Shown here piece by piece: positions 9,128 to 19,212 of a stretch of DNA of 64,000 nucleotides. The position numbers and the translations under genes are program-made. This stretch comes from Spirochaetota bacterium (GTDB taxonomy: Bacteria; Spirochaetota; UBA4802; JAGODF01). Numbering within the stretch: the stretch's first letter is position 1; every line of letters starts with the position of its first letter. The notes below the pieces were generated by a model, which did not search any database, was not told where the DNA came from, and worked only from the letters and a program-made list of their open reading frames with translations. Where the stretch lies: assembly GCA_026419015.1 (NCBI GenBank), contig JAOAAF010000001.1, forward strand, positions 28,283 to 92,282. Reading direction: 5' to 3'.

Positions 9128-11131
9128 ATGTTTGAAATGCTGTTTCGTCCAATCGCTATTAACAAGACTGTTGTAAAAAACAGGATCGCATATCCTTCAT
9201 TGGGGCTTCTGTATTCGCTCGATGGAAAGCTAAACGATAGATATCGCAATTTTTATCGCGAGCGCGCGCGTGGTGGTGCGGGAATTGTCACAGTTGGTCC
9301 TGTGGGGTTTGATTTTGTTGGAAGCGGTCCTGTAGCATTGCAAATTGGAAGCGATGATGCAATCGATGATTTTAAAGAATTAACGAAGATGATTAAAGAT
9401 GAAGGTGCATGTGCGTGGATCCAGCTTTTTCATGCTGGAGCATATTCGTATTCAAAATTATTAGGAGGAATAGACCCAATTGCGCCATCAGCGGTCTATT
9501 CAAATTACAGCAAAACCATGCCTCGCGAAATGACTCTTGAAGATATTAAACAAGTGCAACAAGGATTTGTCGATGCCGCAGCACGCGCAAAGGAAGCAGG
9601 GTTTGATGGGGTGGAAATCATTGGATCTGCAGGGTATCTTATCACTCAATTCCTTTCACCCCTCACTAATAAGCGCACGGATGAATATGGGGGAAGCTTT
9701 GAAAATCGCACGCGCTTTCCTCGCGAAATCATCGAAATGATGCGAAAGCGCCTTGGACCCGATTATCCAATATCTATCCGCATGGCTGGCAACGATTTTG
9801 TCCCAGGAAGCAATACCGATGAAGACGCGCGAGCAATTGCGAAGGTTTATGAAAAGGCAGGGGTCGATTTGATTAATGTCACAGGGGGTTGGCATGAATC
9901 GCGCATTCCCCAACTACCAATGGAATTGCCACGAGGAGTGTATTCGTATTTAGCGCTTAACATTAAAAAAGCGGTAAACGTTCCGGTAATTGCATCGAAC
10001 AGAATATCAGATCCATACCTTGCTGAGCAGATAATAAAAGATGGCATCGCCGATATGGTGAATTTGGGAAGAGTGCTTATTGCAGATCCATACTGGCCAC
10101 AAAAAGCGAAAAGCGGTCGCGTCGATGAAATTATTCCATGCATTGCATGTTCCCAGGGCTGTACCGATCAGCTTTTCAGTGCAAAGCCGGTCTTTTGCCT
10201 TGCAAATCCGCGTGCGGGATACGAAGGCGAACGGATTGTGAAAAAGACGGCGACTCCCAAAAAGGTGATGGTAATCGGCGCTGGTCCTGGAGGGCTTCAA
10301 GCAGCAATTACCGCTGCGGAGATGGGTCATGAAGTATCGCTGTATGAAAAATCGAACGATATTGGCGGACAACTATGGATTGCCGCTGTTCCGCCCCATA
10401 AAGGGGAAATTTTGGAACTCATTCGCTATTTCGATACGATGATTGAAAAATACGATATTGATATTTATTTGGAAACAGAAGTCACAATCGATCTCATTAA
10501 AGAAGTGAATCCCGATTTTATCATTGCCGCAGAGGGCGCAGAGCCACTCATCCCGCCGATTGAAGGGATCGATGATCCAAAAGTAATAAGCGCATGGGAT
10601 GTATTGAAAAACGATCCACCGTTAGGGGAAAAAATTGCAGTGATTGGCGGTGGAGCCGTAGGGCTTGAAACTGCTGAATTTTTAGCACTCAAAGGGACTA
10701 TTTCTCCAGAGACGCTCTATTTTCTTTTTCGCTATGAAGCGGAAAGCGTCGATCGGCTCCGCGAGCTTATTACAAAGGGGACCAAGGAAGTCACCGTGTT
10801 TGAAATGCTTCCCAAAGTAGGTAAAGGAGTGGGAAAATCGACCAAATGGGTGCTTATGGGAAACATTGAAAGATTGAATGTGAATGTCATTACTAACGCC
10901 AGAGTAATTTCCGTGAAGGATGCGACGGTGAAATATGAAATTAATGGAAAAATCGAATCCGCTCAATTCGATAATGTTGTCAATGCGGTTGGTTCGCGTT
11001 CGGTGCGAAATGTTGCGGATAAACTGGATGGGGTAGGGATTCCTTTTAAAGTTATTGGCGATAGCGTCCGCCCTGCACAGATTCACGATGCAATTCATGA
11101 AGGATTTCTCGCAGCGCTTGAAATTGGGTAG
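9128..11131 (+). CDS. Fused NADH:flavin oxidoreductase (Old Yellow Enzyme TIM barrel) plus FAD/NAD(P)-binding domain; 2,4-dienoyl-CoA reductase (FadH)-like
   Basis: The OYE N-terminal domain is followed by a Cys cluster CIACSQGCTDQ...C (4Fe-4S, as in FadH/trimethylamine dehydrogenase). The C-terminal Rossmann motifs are VMVIGAGPGGLQAA and IAVIGGGAVGLE. ATG 9128 has the RBS AAAGGAG; the ORF-track start at 9101 is a TTG. Confidence 0.8.
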   Translation: MFEMLFRPIAINKTVVKNRIAYPSLGLLYSLDGKLNDRYRNFYRERARGGAGIVTVGPVGFDFVGSGPVALQIGSDDAIDDFKELTKMIKDEGACAWIQLFHAGAYSYSKLLGGIDPIAPSAVYSNYSKTMPREMTLEDIKQVQQGFVDAAARAKEAGFDGVEIIGSAGYLITQFLSPLTNKRTDEYGGSFENRTRFPREIIEMMRKRLGPDYPISIRMAGNDFVPGSNTDEDARAIAKVYEKAGVDLINVTGGWHESRIPQLPMELPRGVYSYLALNIKKAVNVPVIASNRISDPYLAEQIIKDGIADMVNLGRVLIADPYWPQKAKSGRVDEIIPCIACSQGCTDQLFSAKPVFCLANPRAGYEGERIVKKTATPKKVMVIGAGPGGLQAAITAAEMGHEVSLYEKSNDIGGQLWIAAVPPHKGEILELIRYFDTMIEKYDIDIYLETEVTIDLIKEVNPDFIIAAEGAEPLIPPIEGIDDPKVISAWDVLKNDPPLGEKIAVIGGGAVGLETAEFLALKGTISPETLYFLFRYEAESVDRLRELITKGTKEVTVFEMLPKVGKGVGKSTKWVLMGNIERLNVNVITNARVISVKDATVKYEINGKIESAQFDNVVNAVGSRSVRNVADKLDGVGIPFKVIGDSVRPAQIHDAIHEGFLAALEIG

Positions 11132-11140
11132 CGTTGCGTG

Positions 11141-11872
11141 TTAGCATTGTTTCTTTTTTTGCTCTAAGATAATTTCGGCGTCGGATTTTCGCGCATAGTA
11201 AGGAAGCGTGTTTTTGAAGTGTTGATAGCGTTCGGGGTGATGAAGATAAAGTTGCTGTGCGTAATGACAAGCGGGAATGCCGCTTGGAATGAAATTTTTG
11301 TGCAAAATGGCACGTGGGGCAAGTTCGTTAATTGTTTTTTCAAATCGATTAATTCCATCTCCAATGCACAATAATGGTGATTTGATGCACTGTTGCGCGA
11401 GCAGTTCGTGCAGGTAGTAATCGCCAGGTGGGACGATTATCTCAAAGGTATTAGAAAGTCGGTTTTTTTTATACAGAGCACCGAATACGCGTTCCTTTTT
11501 TGCATCGAATGCGACAAGAATATAATCGTCATTCGAAACGTCACACGCAAGTGCCCATATCAATTGGCTTTCAATGCCAACCAACGGTACCTTGAGTACC
11601 TGGGCGAGCATTCGTGCCGATGCTACCGCAATGCGCACCCCTGTAAAAGAACCTGGGCCAATACCCACACCGATGAGATTGATTTCGCGAATCGATATTT
11701 CGGCTCTTTTAAGCGCAGAGCGAATTCTTTCAAAGAGAGTAACAGAATGTGAAAGATTCACGTGCGTCGATAAATCGCACTGCGACGTGGGAGTAGTTAC
11801 TGCAATGACTTCAATGTTCGTCGCGGTATCAATCAGAAGGGTATTCAATGCGAATTCTCCGTGTAGTGTCAT
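11141..11872 (-). CDS. tsaB: tRNA threonylcarbamoyladenosine biosynthesis protein TsaB (YeaZ)
   Basis: The N-terminal half resembles YeaZ/Kae1-fold proteins (LLIDTATNIEVIAV...GVGIGPGSFTGVRIAVASARMLAQVL). It lies adjacent to tsaE. ATG is at 11872; the ORF-track start at 11884 is a TTG. Confidence 0.75.
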   Translation of the reverse strand: MTLHGEFALNTLLIDTATNIEVIAVTTPTSQCDLSTHVNLSHSVTLFERIRSALKRAEISIREINLIGVGIGPGSFTGVRIAVASARMLAQVLKVPLVGIESQLIWALACDVSNDDYILVAFDAKKERVFGALYKKNRLSNTFEIIVPPGDYYLHELLAQQCIKSPLLCIGDGINRFEKTINELAPRAILHKNFIPSGIPACHYAQQLYLHHPERYQHFKNTLPYYARKSDAEIILEQKKKQC

Positions 11873-12260
11873 GCAAATGTTCAAAATAAATGTAAACAGT
11901 ATGTTGCGGTAATCGCGCTTTTGCGCGTTCTGCCCATTCGATTATTGAAATGCCATCGCCTTCCCAGAATTCCTCGAAATATAGGTTGTCGAGTTCCCGC
12001 GGATCGTTTATTCGATATAGGTCGAAGTGAAACAATGGAATATTGCCATCGTAAACTTCTAACAGCGTAAATGTAGGACTTGTGATTTCGTCGTCGATTC
12101 CTAACCCGCACGCGATGCCTTTTGCGAAAATTGTTTTTCCCGTTCCCAAATCGCCTACCAGAGCAAATACATCGCCCCTTTTTGCTTTCAGGCCAAGCGC
12201 TTTTCCAATCGCAAACGTTTCTTCTGGCGATTTTGAAATAATTTCCTCGACAACTTGCAT
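11829..12260 (-). CDS. tsaE: tRNA threonylcarbamoyladenosine biosynthesis ATPase TsaE (YjeE)
   Basis: The P-loop is GDLGTGKTIFAKG and the conserved motif SPTFTLLEVY is present. A start at the internal Met (MQVVEEIISK) gives a typical 144-aa size; the ORF-track start at 12410 adds a 50-aa non-conserved extension. Confidence 0.75.
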   Translation of the reverse strand: MQVVEEIISKSPEETFAIGKALGLKAKRGDVFALVGDLGTGKTIFAKGIACGLGIDDEITSPTFTLLEVYDGNIPLFHFDLYRINDPRELDNLYFEEFWEGDGISIIEWAERAKARLPQHTVYIYFEHLHDTTRRIRIEYPSD

Positions 12261-12364
12261 GTTTTTGTGTACATTATATTGTGTACGTAAAGCGCGATTA
12301 TCGTAATGAATGCGCATTTGGATGTAAATAAAAAAACTTTCATTTAATAGATAGGATTTTTTTA

Positions 12365-15274
12365 ATGGTTTTTCGCGTAACGCAAGTGAAACGGTTGTGG
12401 GCAATTGCATTCATTTCCCTCGCTCTCATATTGAGCCTTTCGGTGTATTTGGTGCATCGCTTTTTGTTGTTACCAGTGGTGGGTTTTGGCGTTTTAGGTG
12501 ATCAAAAAAGGCTCATATTAACACATATTGTAATTGCCGCAAGCATTTTGACCATCATTGCGGTAATCTATGGCATTTTCTATCTTCGATATCTCGCGCT
12601 ACGAAAGATGTACGAAAGCGATGTGCGATTTCGCCTTCTGTTTGAAAATTCGCACGTTCCAATATTTATTCGATCGCTCGATGGCGTGTTCGTCGATGTG
12701 AACAACGCAATGCTTGAGCTTTTTGGTTATGCGCGCACTGAAATGATCGGAATGTCGATCGATAATATCTATTGCAATCCCTCTGACAGGAGGACTGTGG
12801 AGCGTGAAGTTTTACAAAAGGGTTTTTTGCGAAACTTTGAAGTAGCGTTTAAAAAAAAAGATGGAACGGTGATGAATTGCATAATTGACGTCCAGGCGTG
12901 GAAAGATGAGAATGGCAACGTACAGGGCATTCAGGGGATTGTTCGCGATGTGACGAAGGAAAAACAGCTCCGCGAAGAGCTTGTGGCAAGCGAAGAACGA
13001 TATCGGCTTCTTTTTCAGCACGCTCCGGTTGGAATTTTCCATTACGATAAAAATGGCGTAATCGTCGATTGCAATGAGAAGTTTGTAAGCATTATTGGTT
13101 CAAGTCGCCAGGCGCTAGTGGGTTTGAATATGCCCGCACGCCTTCAGGATAAAAAGGTTCTTGAACAGGTGATGTTCGCACTTGAGGGGAAAATAGGGTA
13201 TTATGAGGGCATATATCGTTCTATTACTGCAGAGAAAGAAACGCCTGTGCGATTTCTCACAAAGGGAATATTTACTGATGGAGGTAAATTTTACGGTGCC
13301 ATAGGAATTGTGGAAGATTTGACAGAATCTATGGCATATCGGGAAGAGGGGCGAAAATCAGAGGAACGATTTCGTACGGTCTTTGAAAATGCCCCATTGG
13401 GGGTGATATTGACATCGCTCGATGGGGTGATTGTGGAAGCGAACAAAGCATTTGAAGAAATTACTAAATATCCCATTGCGCAGTTAATAGGAATGAACGT
13501 ACGGGATATTACCTATTCCGACAATTTTTCAGAAGAAAAAGAGATAATGGAAGATCTTGTCACAGGATTCATTCATCGCGCACAGATTGTGAAACGGTAT
13601 GTGCGAAAAGATGGGGAGGTCATTTGGGCTCGCATTACCGCATCCCTTCTCCACAACCGCGAAGGGAAAGGCGAATATGTGCTTTGTCTTGTGGAAGACA
13701 TCACTGAGCGGCGAAAGGCAAGGGAAGAACTTGCGCGTGAAAAGGAGCGCCTGGCAGTGACTCTTGCAAGCATTGGCGATGGCGTGATTACTACCGATAC
13801 AGAGGGAAAGGTGGTTCTCATAAATCGCGTTGCGGAAGAGCTTACAGGATGGAAGATGTCAGAGGCGCTTGGAAAACCGCTTGAAGAAGTTTTTGTAATT
13901 GTTAATGAACGAACGCGAAAGCCCTGCGAAAATCCCGTGCAAAAAGTTATCGAAAGCGGTGGCATCGTGGGCCTTGCAAACCACACGGTGCTCATCGCAA
14001 AGGATGGGACGGAACGGTTGATTGCTGACAGCGGAGCGCCCATCCGCGATGAATTGGGAAACATCCATGGGGTTGTGTTGGTCTTTCGCGATATCACTGA
14101 AATCGCAAAATTAGAAGAAGAGCTTCGAAAAGCACAAAAGCTTGAGTCCATCGGTACCTTGGCGGGTGGCATTGCGCACGATTTTAATAACCTCCTTACG
14201 TCGATTATGGGAAGCCTTTCGCTCATAAAAATGAAAATTGATAGTTCCAGCGAAGTGTACAATTTCTTACAGGATGCCGAACATGCGGCTCGGCAGGCGA
14301 AAGAGTTGACGCAACAGCTTCTTACCTTTTCGAAGGGAGGCGCGCCCGTAAAAAAGACAGTCCAGCTTTCTGGGCTATTACAGGACATTTGCAGTTTTTC
14401 AACCCGCGGTTCAAATGTCAAATGCGAGTATGAAATTGCGGGCGATCTGTGGCCGATCGATGTGGATATGGGGCAATTTAGCCAGGTGATTAACAACATG
14501 CTTATCAATGCATTGCAGGCAATGCCTCAGGGAGGAGTGGTAAAGGTGGTTGCAGAAAATTATGTGAAAGAAGAGGACAAGGGCGATATTCTTAAACAAA
14601 GCGATGGAAAGAAATCAATTCTTCCCGCAGGGCGATATGTGAAAATACAAATCATCGATCATGGGGTGGGAATCCCTTCGGATATCTTGCCGAAAATTTT
14701 CGATCCATATTTTACTACGAAGGAAAAAGGAAGCGGTCTTGGATTGGCCATCGCGTATTCGGTTATCGCGCGGCACGATGGGATGATTGACGTTGAGTCA
14801 GAAGTGGGGAAAGGCTCGTGTTTTTCGATCTATCTGCCTGCCTCCTCTTCTTCCGTTGTGAATGAGAATGCAAATATTGGCATTGCGCTCAAGGGAGAAG
14901 GAAATATCCTTTTGATGGACGATGATGAGAACATTTTACACGTTACGAGTAAAATGTTACGCCAGTTGGGATACCGCGTTGACATTGCGCGCAATGGCGA
15001 AGATGCTGTGGCAAAATTTTTGAAAGCAAAATCTGAAGGGAAAGGGTTTGATGTGGTTATTATGGATCTTACCGTTCCGGGTGGGATGGGGGGCAAGGAA
15101 TGCATCATGAAACTTAGAGAAATTGACCCAAACTTGAAAGCTCTCGTCTCAAGCGGTTATTCGAACGATCCAGTGATGTCGGATTTTGCAAGCTATGGAT
15201 TTAAGGGGATTTTGATGAAACCGTATCGCATTGAGGATTTGAGCGCGATATTGCAGAGAGTAATGAAAAGTTAA
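12365..15274 (+). CDS. Membrane-anchored multi-PAS hybrid sensor histidine kinase (TM - about 4 PAS/PAC - HisKA - HATPase_c - REC)
   Basis: Two N-terminal TM helices are followed by repeated PAS/PAC-like segments, an H-box (ESIGTLAGGIAHDFNNLLTSIMG), G-boxes (DHGVGIP, GSGLGLAI) and a C-terminal receiver domain (ILLMDDDENIL...MDLTVPGGMGG). Confidence 0.85.
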   Translation: MVFRVTQVKRLWAIAFISLALILSLSVYLVHRFLLLPVVGFGVLGDQKRLILTHIVIAASILTIIAVIYGIFYLRYLALRKMYESDVRFRLLFENSHVPIFIRSLDGVFVDVNNAMLELFGYARTEMIGMSIDNIYCNPSDRRTVEREVLQKGFLRNFEVAFKKKDGTVMNCIIDVQAWKDENGNVQGIQGIVRDVTKEKQLREELVASEERYRLLFQHAPVGIFHYDKNGVIVDCNEKFVSIIGSSRQALVGLNMPARLQDKKVLEQVMFALEGKIGYYEGIYRSITAEKETPVRFLTKGIFTDGGKFYGAIGIVEDLTESMAYREEGRKSEERFRTVFENAPLGVILTSLDGVIVEANKAFEEITKYPIAQLIGMNVRDITYSDNFSEEKEIMEDLVTGFIHRAQIVKRYVRKDGEVIWARITASLLHNREGKGEYVLCLVEDITERRKAREELAREKERLAVTLASIGDGVITTDTEGKVVLINRVAEELTGWKMSEALGKPLEEVFVIVNERTRKPCENPVQKVIESGGIVGLANHTVLIAKDGTERLIADSGAPIRDELGNIHGVVLVFRDITEIAKLEEELRKAQKLESIGTLAGGIAHDFNNLLTSIMGSLSLIKMKIDSSSEVYNFLQDAEHAARQAKELTQQLLTFSKGGAPVKKTVQLSGLLQDICSFSTRGSNVKCEYEIAGDLWPIDVDMGQFSQVINNMLINALQAMPQGGVVKVVAENYVKEEDKGDILKQSDGKKSILPAGRYVKIQIIDHGVGIPSDILPKIFDPYFTTKEKGSGLGLAIAYSVIARHDGMIDVESEVGKGSCFSIYLPASSSSVVNENANIGIALKGEGNILLMDDDENILHVTSKMLRQLGYRVDIARNGEDAVAKFLKAKSEGKGFDVVIMDLTVPGGMGGKECIMKLREIDPNLKALVSSGYSNDPVMSDFASYGFKGILMKPYRIEDLSAILQRVMKS

Positions 15275-15573
15275 CCTACCAAAATTTCCTTTTGGCGATT
15301 CTTTTCGCGATGTTGGTGTTAGCAGTCGCAATGCATCCAATGGGATGGTGGGAGTGTTGCAATTGGTTGCATCGACGAAAAAAATTCTCGTGCGATTATT
15401 GAAATTTTTGTGAACGCAAAATCACATTAACGCGATTGGGAAAGTTGCGATAGTGGAAAAAGCCCTTTTTAAGTCGCTCAGTGTGGGAAATAATCACGAA
15501 TGCTTCGGGAATTTTTTTCTTAAAGGCAATCCCCAGTTAGTAAGCGCCACTTACCATATTTGAATGGTGCAGT

Positions 15574-17256
15574 ATGAAGAAGCCTTTGCACATTCCAATC
15601 ACTGCGGACGAAATGCGTTCGTTGGGATGGCGGGAAGTTGATGTGGTTATCATTACCGGCGATGCCTTTGTCGATCATCCTGCGTTTGGGGCTGCGGTGG
15701 TTGCGCGGACGCTTATAAATGAAGGTTTTACGGTGGGGGTAATTGCCCAGCCTGATTGGAAAAATCCGGCTTCCATCACAATATTTGGCAAGCCGCGGCT
15801 TTTTTTTGGCATTACCTCGGGAAATGTCGATTCAATGCTTGCGCGCTTTACCGCATTTAAAAAGGTTCGCAACGACGATCCATATTCTCCAGAAGGTATT
15901 GCCGGAAAACGCCCACAGCGCGCGGTCATCGTATATTCAAACTTGGTAAAATCGATGTACAAGGATGTTCCAATCGTGCTTGGTGGGATCGAAGCGAGCA
16001 TGAGGCGGCTTGCTCATTACGATTTTTGGGATAACGCTGTTCGCCGTTCAATTCTTCTCGATTCGCGGGCAGATATTATCGTCTATGGCATGGGGGAAGG
16101 AGCAATTGTGGAAATTGCACATCGAATGGCAAATGGCTGCTGGGAGGAAACTCCAAAAAGAATTCGCGGTACTGTTGAAATTACGCCGGTGTTGCCAGAT
16201 GGTTTTTTTCTTTTACCGCCGGAAGAAGAGGTTCTTTCGAATAAAAACGCATTTGCCAAAATGTATCGATATTTGTACCAACATCTCGACAAACCCCTTG
16301 CGCAGCCAACGGGTAATCGTTTTATTTTGCACAATCCCCCGTGGATCGTGAGTAAAAATGATCTCGAGAATCTCCATCGGCTCCCTTTTACGCGGGAAAT
16401 CCATCCTTCTTATGGGAAGGCGCGCATTCCCGCATTTGAAATGATTCGATGTTCAATAATTTCGCACAGAGGATGTGTTTCGGGATGTTCTTTCTGCTCG
16501 CTTTCGCTTCATCATGGGAAAAGAATTATCTCGCGCAGCGAGGATTCAATTTTTGAAGAAATTGAAAAAATAAGATCAAAGCCTTACTTTTGCGGACATA
16601 TCACCGACATTGGCGGGCCATCTGCGGACATGTATGGGTATAATTGCAAAGTGCAATGGCAATGCAATCGCGAAAGCTGCCTTTTCCCTTCGTTGTGTGC
16701 AAATTTAGAAAGGGACATCCCTCGATGGGTAACTCTTTTGGGAAACGCTGCTACCATGCGAAGTGTAAAACACGTCACCATTGGATCGGGAGTCCGATTC
16801 GATCTTTTTGCGAAAACAGACGAATCGGTAATAGAAACATTTGTCAGAAATCATGTGGGGGGACAACTAAAGATAGCTCCAGAACATACAAATGATTCAG
16901 TGCTTCGCGCGATGCGCAAATCGCATCTTTTCCCGCTCGATGAGTTTGCTGCGAAATTTTTTGCAATTACCAAAAAGGCCGGTATCCGGCGTTATTTGCT
17001 TCCGTATCTTATGTCGTGCCATCCAGGTTGTGGAATGGAAGAAATGAAGGCCATGCGAAAAACGATATGGGACATCTTTCATTTTATGCCGCAGCAAGTG
17101 CAGGCGTTTATTCCCTTGCCGATGACGTTGTCATCGGTCATTTATTGGAGCGGGCACGATCCGCTCAGCGGTGAGGAGTTTTTTGTAGAACGCTCGCAAA
17201 AGGGGAGAAGTGAGCAACATCGAGTTTTTATCTTGACACAGCGTGAAAAAAGGTAA
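15574..17256 (+). CDS. YgiQ-family radical SAM protein (UPF0313)
   Basis: The conserved YgiQ N-terminus is GWREVDVVIITGDAFVDHPAFGAAVVARTL. The radical-SAM Cys cluster CVSGCSFCS is present. Confidence 0.8.
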   Translation: MKKPLHIPITADEMRSLGWREVDVVIITGDAFVDHPAFGAAVVARTLINEGFTVGVIAQPDWKNPASITIFGKPRLFFGITSGNVDSMLARFTAFKKVRNDDPYSPEGIAGKRPQRAVIVYSNLVKSMYKDVPIVLGGIEASMRRLAHYDFWDNAVRRSILLDSRADIIVYGMGEGAIVEIAHRMANGCWEETPKRIRGTVEITPVLPDGFFLLPPEEEVLSNKNAFAKMYRYLYQHLDKPLAQPTGNRFILHNPPWIVSKNDLENLHRLPFTREIHPSYGKARIPAFEMIRCSIISHRGCVSGCSFCSLSLHHGKRIISRSEDSIFEEIEKIRSKPYFCGHITDIGGPSADMYGYNCKVQWQCNRESCLFPSLCANLERDIPRWVTLLGNAATMRSVKHVTIGSGVRFDLFAKTDESVIETFVRNHVGGQLKIAPEHTNDSVLRAMRKSHLFPLDEFAAKFFAITKKAGIRRYLLPYLMSCHPGCGMEEMKAMRKTIWDIFHFMPQQVQAFIPLPMTLSSVIYWSGHDPLSGEEFFVERSQKGRSEQHRVFILTQREKR

Positions 17257-17294
17257 GATGGCACGAAAAAATCAAATAAAAGGAGTAATGCAAT

Positions 17295-18554
17295 ATGTCC
17301 ATTGCAGATTCGATGTTGCAGAAAACGGATCCCGAAGTTTTCGGAGCGATTCAAGATGAAAATCGGCGACAGGAAGAAACGCTTATCTTAATTGCATCGG
17401 AAAATTATGTATCCAAGGCGGTACTTGAAGCTTCGGCGTGTACGATGACCAATAAATATGCAGAAGGGTATCCCGGGAAACGGTATTACAACGGATGCCA
17501 ATTTGTAGATGTGGCAGAAGCTCTTGCAATTGAACGAGTGAAAAAACTTTTTGGGGCAGAAGCTGCGAACGTGCAACCGCATAGCGGTGCACAAGCAAAT
17601 ATGGCCGTTGAGCTTGCTGTGCTTAAACCAGGAGATACCTTGATGGGAATGAACCTTGCACATGGAGGTCATCTAACCCATGGATCGCCAGTAAATTTTT
17701 CGGGCATTACCTATCGAGTCGTTTCGTATGGCGTCACAAAGGATACCCATCGCATCGATTACGATGAAGCATACCGGCTTGCGAAAGAGCACAAGCCGAA
17801 ACTCATCATCGTGGGAGCTTCGGCGTATCCGCGCATCATCGATTTTGCAAAATTTCGCGAAATTGCCGATGCTGCAAACGCGGTGCTGCTTGCCGATATT
17901 GCTCATATTGCGGGTTTGGTAGCAACTGGGCATCACCCATCCCCTGTTGGCATTGCGGATTATATCACGTTCACCACGCATAAAACGCTGCGTGGTCCGC
18001 GCGGTGGGGTAATATTGACCTCAAAGGAGCGCGAAGCGGAAATGAACAAATTCATCTTTCCGGGAATTCAGGGAGGCCCTCTTATGCATACAATTGCGGC
18101 AAAAGCAGTCGCGTTTGGAGAGGCTTTGCGCGATGATTTTAAGAGTTACTCTCAGCGCGTCATTGAAAACGCGCAGGCACTGGCAGAAGTTCTCCTTTCG
18201 AGAGGATTACAGCTCGTATCGGGAGGGACCGATAATCATCTGTTGCTTATTGATTTGCGAAATAAAAATCTGACAGGGCGCGATGTGGCAAATCGTTTAG
18301 ACGAAGCGGGAATTACCTGTAACAAAAACGGAGTTCCCTTTGACGATAAATCGCCGATGGTTACAAGCGGCATTCGCTTGGGAAGTCCCGCGCTTACTAC
18401 GCGAGGTTTTTGTGCGGATGAATTTAAGCAAATTGGACATCTCATTTGCGATATCATTGACAATATGGCAGATGATAACGTACTTGTTCGCGTCAAAGGA
18501 GAAGTGAAAGAGCTGTGTGCGGCGCATCCAACCGCGCATTTGCGATTAATATAA
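17295..18554 (+). CDS. glyA: Serine hydroxymethyltransferase
   Basis: The full-length SHMT has the PLP-lysine motif [12 protein letters not shown] and the conserved segments SPVNFSGI and ENYVS. The RBS is GGAG. Confidence 0.95.
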   Translation: MSIADSMLQKTDPEVFGAIQDENRRQEETLILIASENYVSKAVLEASACTMTNKYAEGYPGKRYYNGCQFVDVAEALAIERVKKLFGAEAANVQPHSGAQANMAVELAVLKPGDTLMGMNLAHGGHLTHGSPVNFSGITYRVVSYGVTKDTHRIDYDEAYRLAKEHKPKLIIVGASAYPRIIDFAKFREIADAANAVLLADIAHIAGLVATGHHPSPVGIADYITFTTHKTLRGPRGGVILTSKEREAEMNKFIFPGIQGGPLMHTIAAKAVAFGEALRDDFKSYSQRVIENAQALAEVLLSRGLQLVSGGTDNHLLLIDLRNKNLTGRDVANRLDEAGITCNKNGVPFDDKSPMVTSGIRLGSPALTTRGFCADEFKQIGHLICDIIDNMADDNVLVRVKGEVKELCAAHPTAHLRLI

Positions 18555-18926
18555 CTGTTGGGGCGATATTTTTTCAATTATCGCAAAACCAATCGCAATA
18601 TCGCCATCGTGGCTGATGCTAACGTGTAATTGCCCATAATTAATACCTGCTTTGAGAAGAATCTCTTTTGCAGTTGCAACATATGGTTTCCCTGATGCAT
18701 CGTTAAGAATTTCAATCTCAGCGAATGAGGTAGTACAATTAATTGCTTTGATGATCGCTTCTTTAATGGCAAAACGTCCGCCAATGTATTCGATTTGCCT
18801 TTTTTGGGGCATGCGCGCAATTTCTTGGGGAGAAAGAATACGCTTTAAAAATCGTTCGCCGTAGTTGTGATACATTTGTTCAATGCGATAAAGATGTACA
18901 ATATCGATTCCAATAGCAAAAATCAT
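18546..18926 (-). CDS. acpS: Holo-[acyl-carrier-protein] synthase (4'-phosphopantetheinyl transferase)
   Basis: AcpS motifs [10 protein letters not shown] and [13 protein letters not shown]. The 127-aa length is taken from the internal Met. Its 3' end overlaps the glyA 3' end by 9 nt, convergently. Confidence 0.8.
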   Translation of the reverse strand: MIFAIGIDIVHLYRIEQMYHNYGERFLKRILSPQEIARMPQKRQIEYIGGRFAIKEAIIKAINCTTSFAEIEILNDASGKPYVATAKEILLKAGINYGQLHVSISHDGDIAIGFAIIEKISPQQLY

Positions 18927-19212
18927 TTGGTTCGCTTCCTCTGATATTTTGTAATAGACTCGAATTAAAGAGAATGCTTTAACGGATGCAAGTATATTTT
19001 GTGCAAAACGTAAAATAATGCTCAATAGCCTTCCTATTGACCACTGTGGCCGCATTGGGGAAGGTAAATAGATTCATTGTATCGTTTTTTTGTATGAATG
19101 AGCTTTTTTTAAGAAAAAATATTTGCATTTCGGGACACAAAATTGATAGATAAATAAATTAGCTCGCAATCGTTTGCACATTCATTTCTTTCCAACGGAG
19201 TAAAGATCAGCT

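Noticed and set aside
13573-14508. 311-aa minus-strand ORF inside the hybrid kinase gene
   Set aside because: It is antisense to conserved HisKA/PAS coding sequence, and its translation is Ser/Thr/Arg-rich low complexity typical of shadow frames.
15275-15573. Possible riboswitch or structured leader in the 300-bp region upstream of ygiQ
   Set aside because: I could not recognise any conserved riboswitch core (SAM, cobalamin, TPP, FMN) by eye; only weak AT-rich hairpins.
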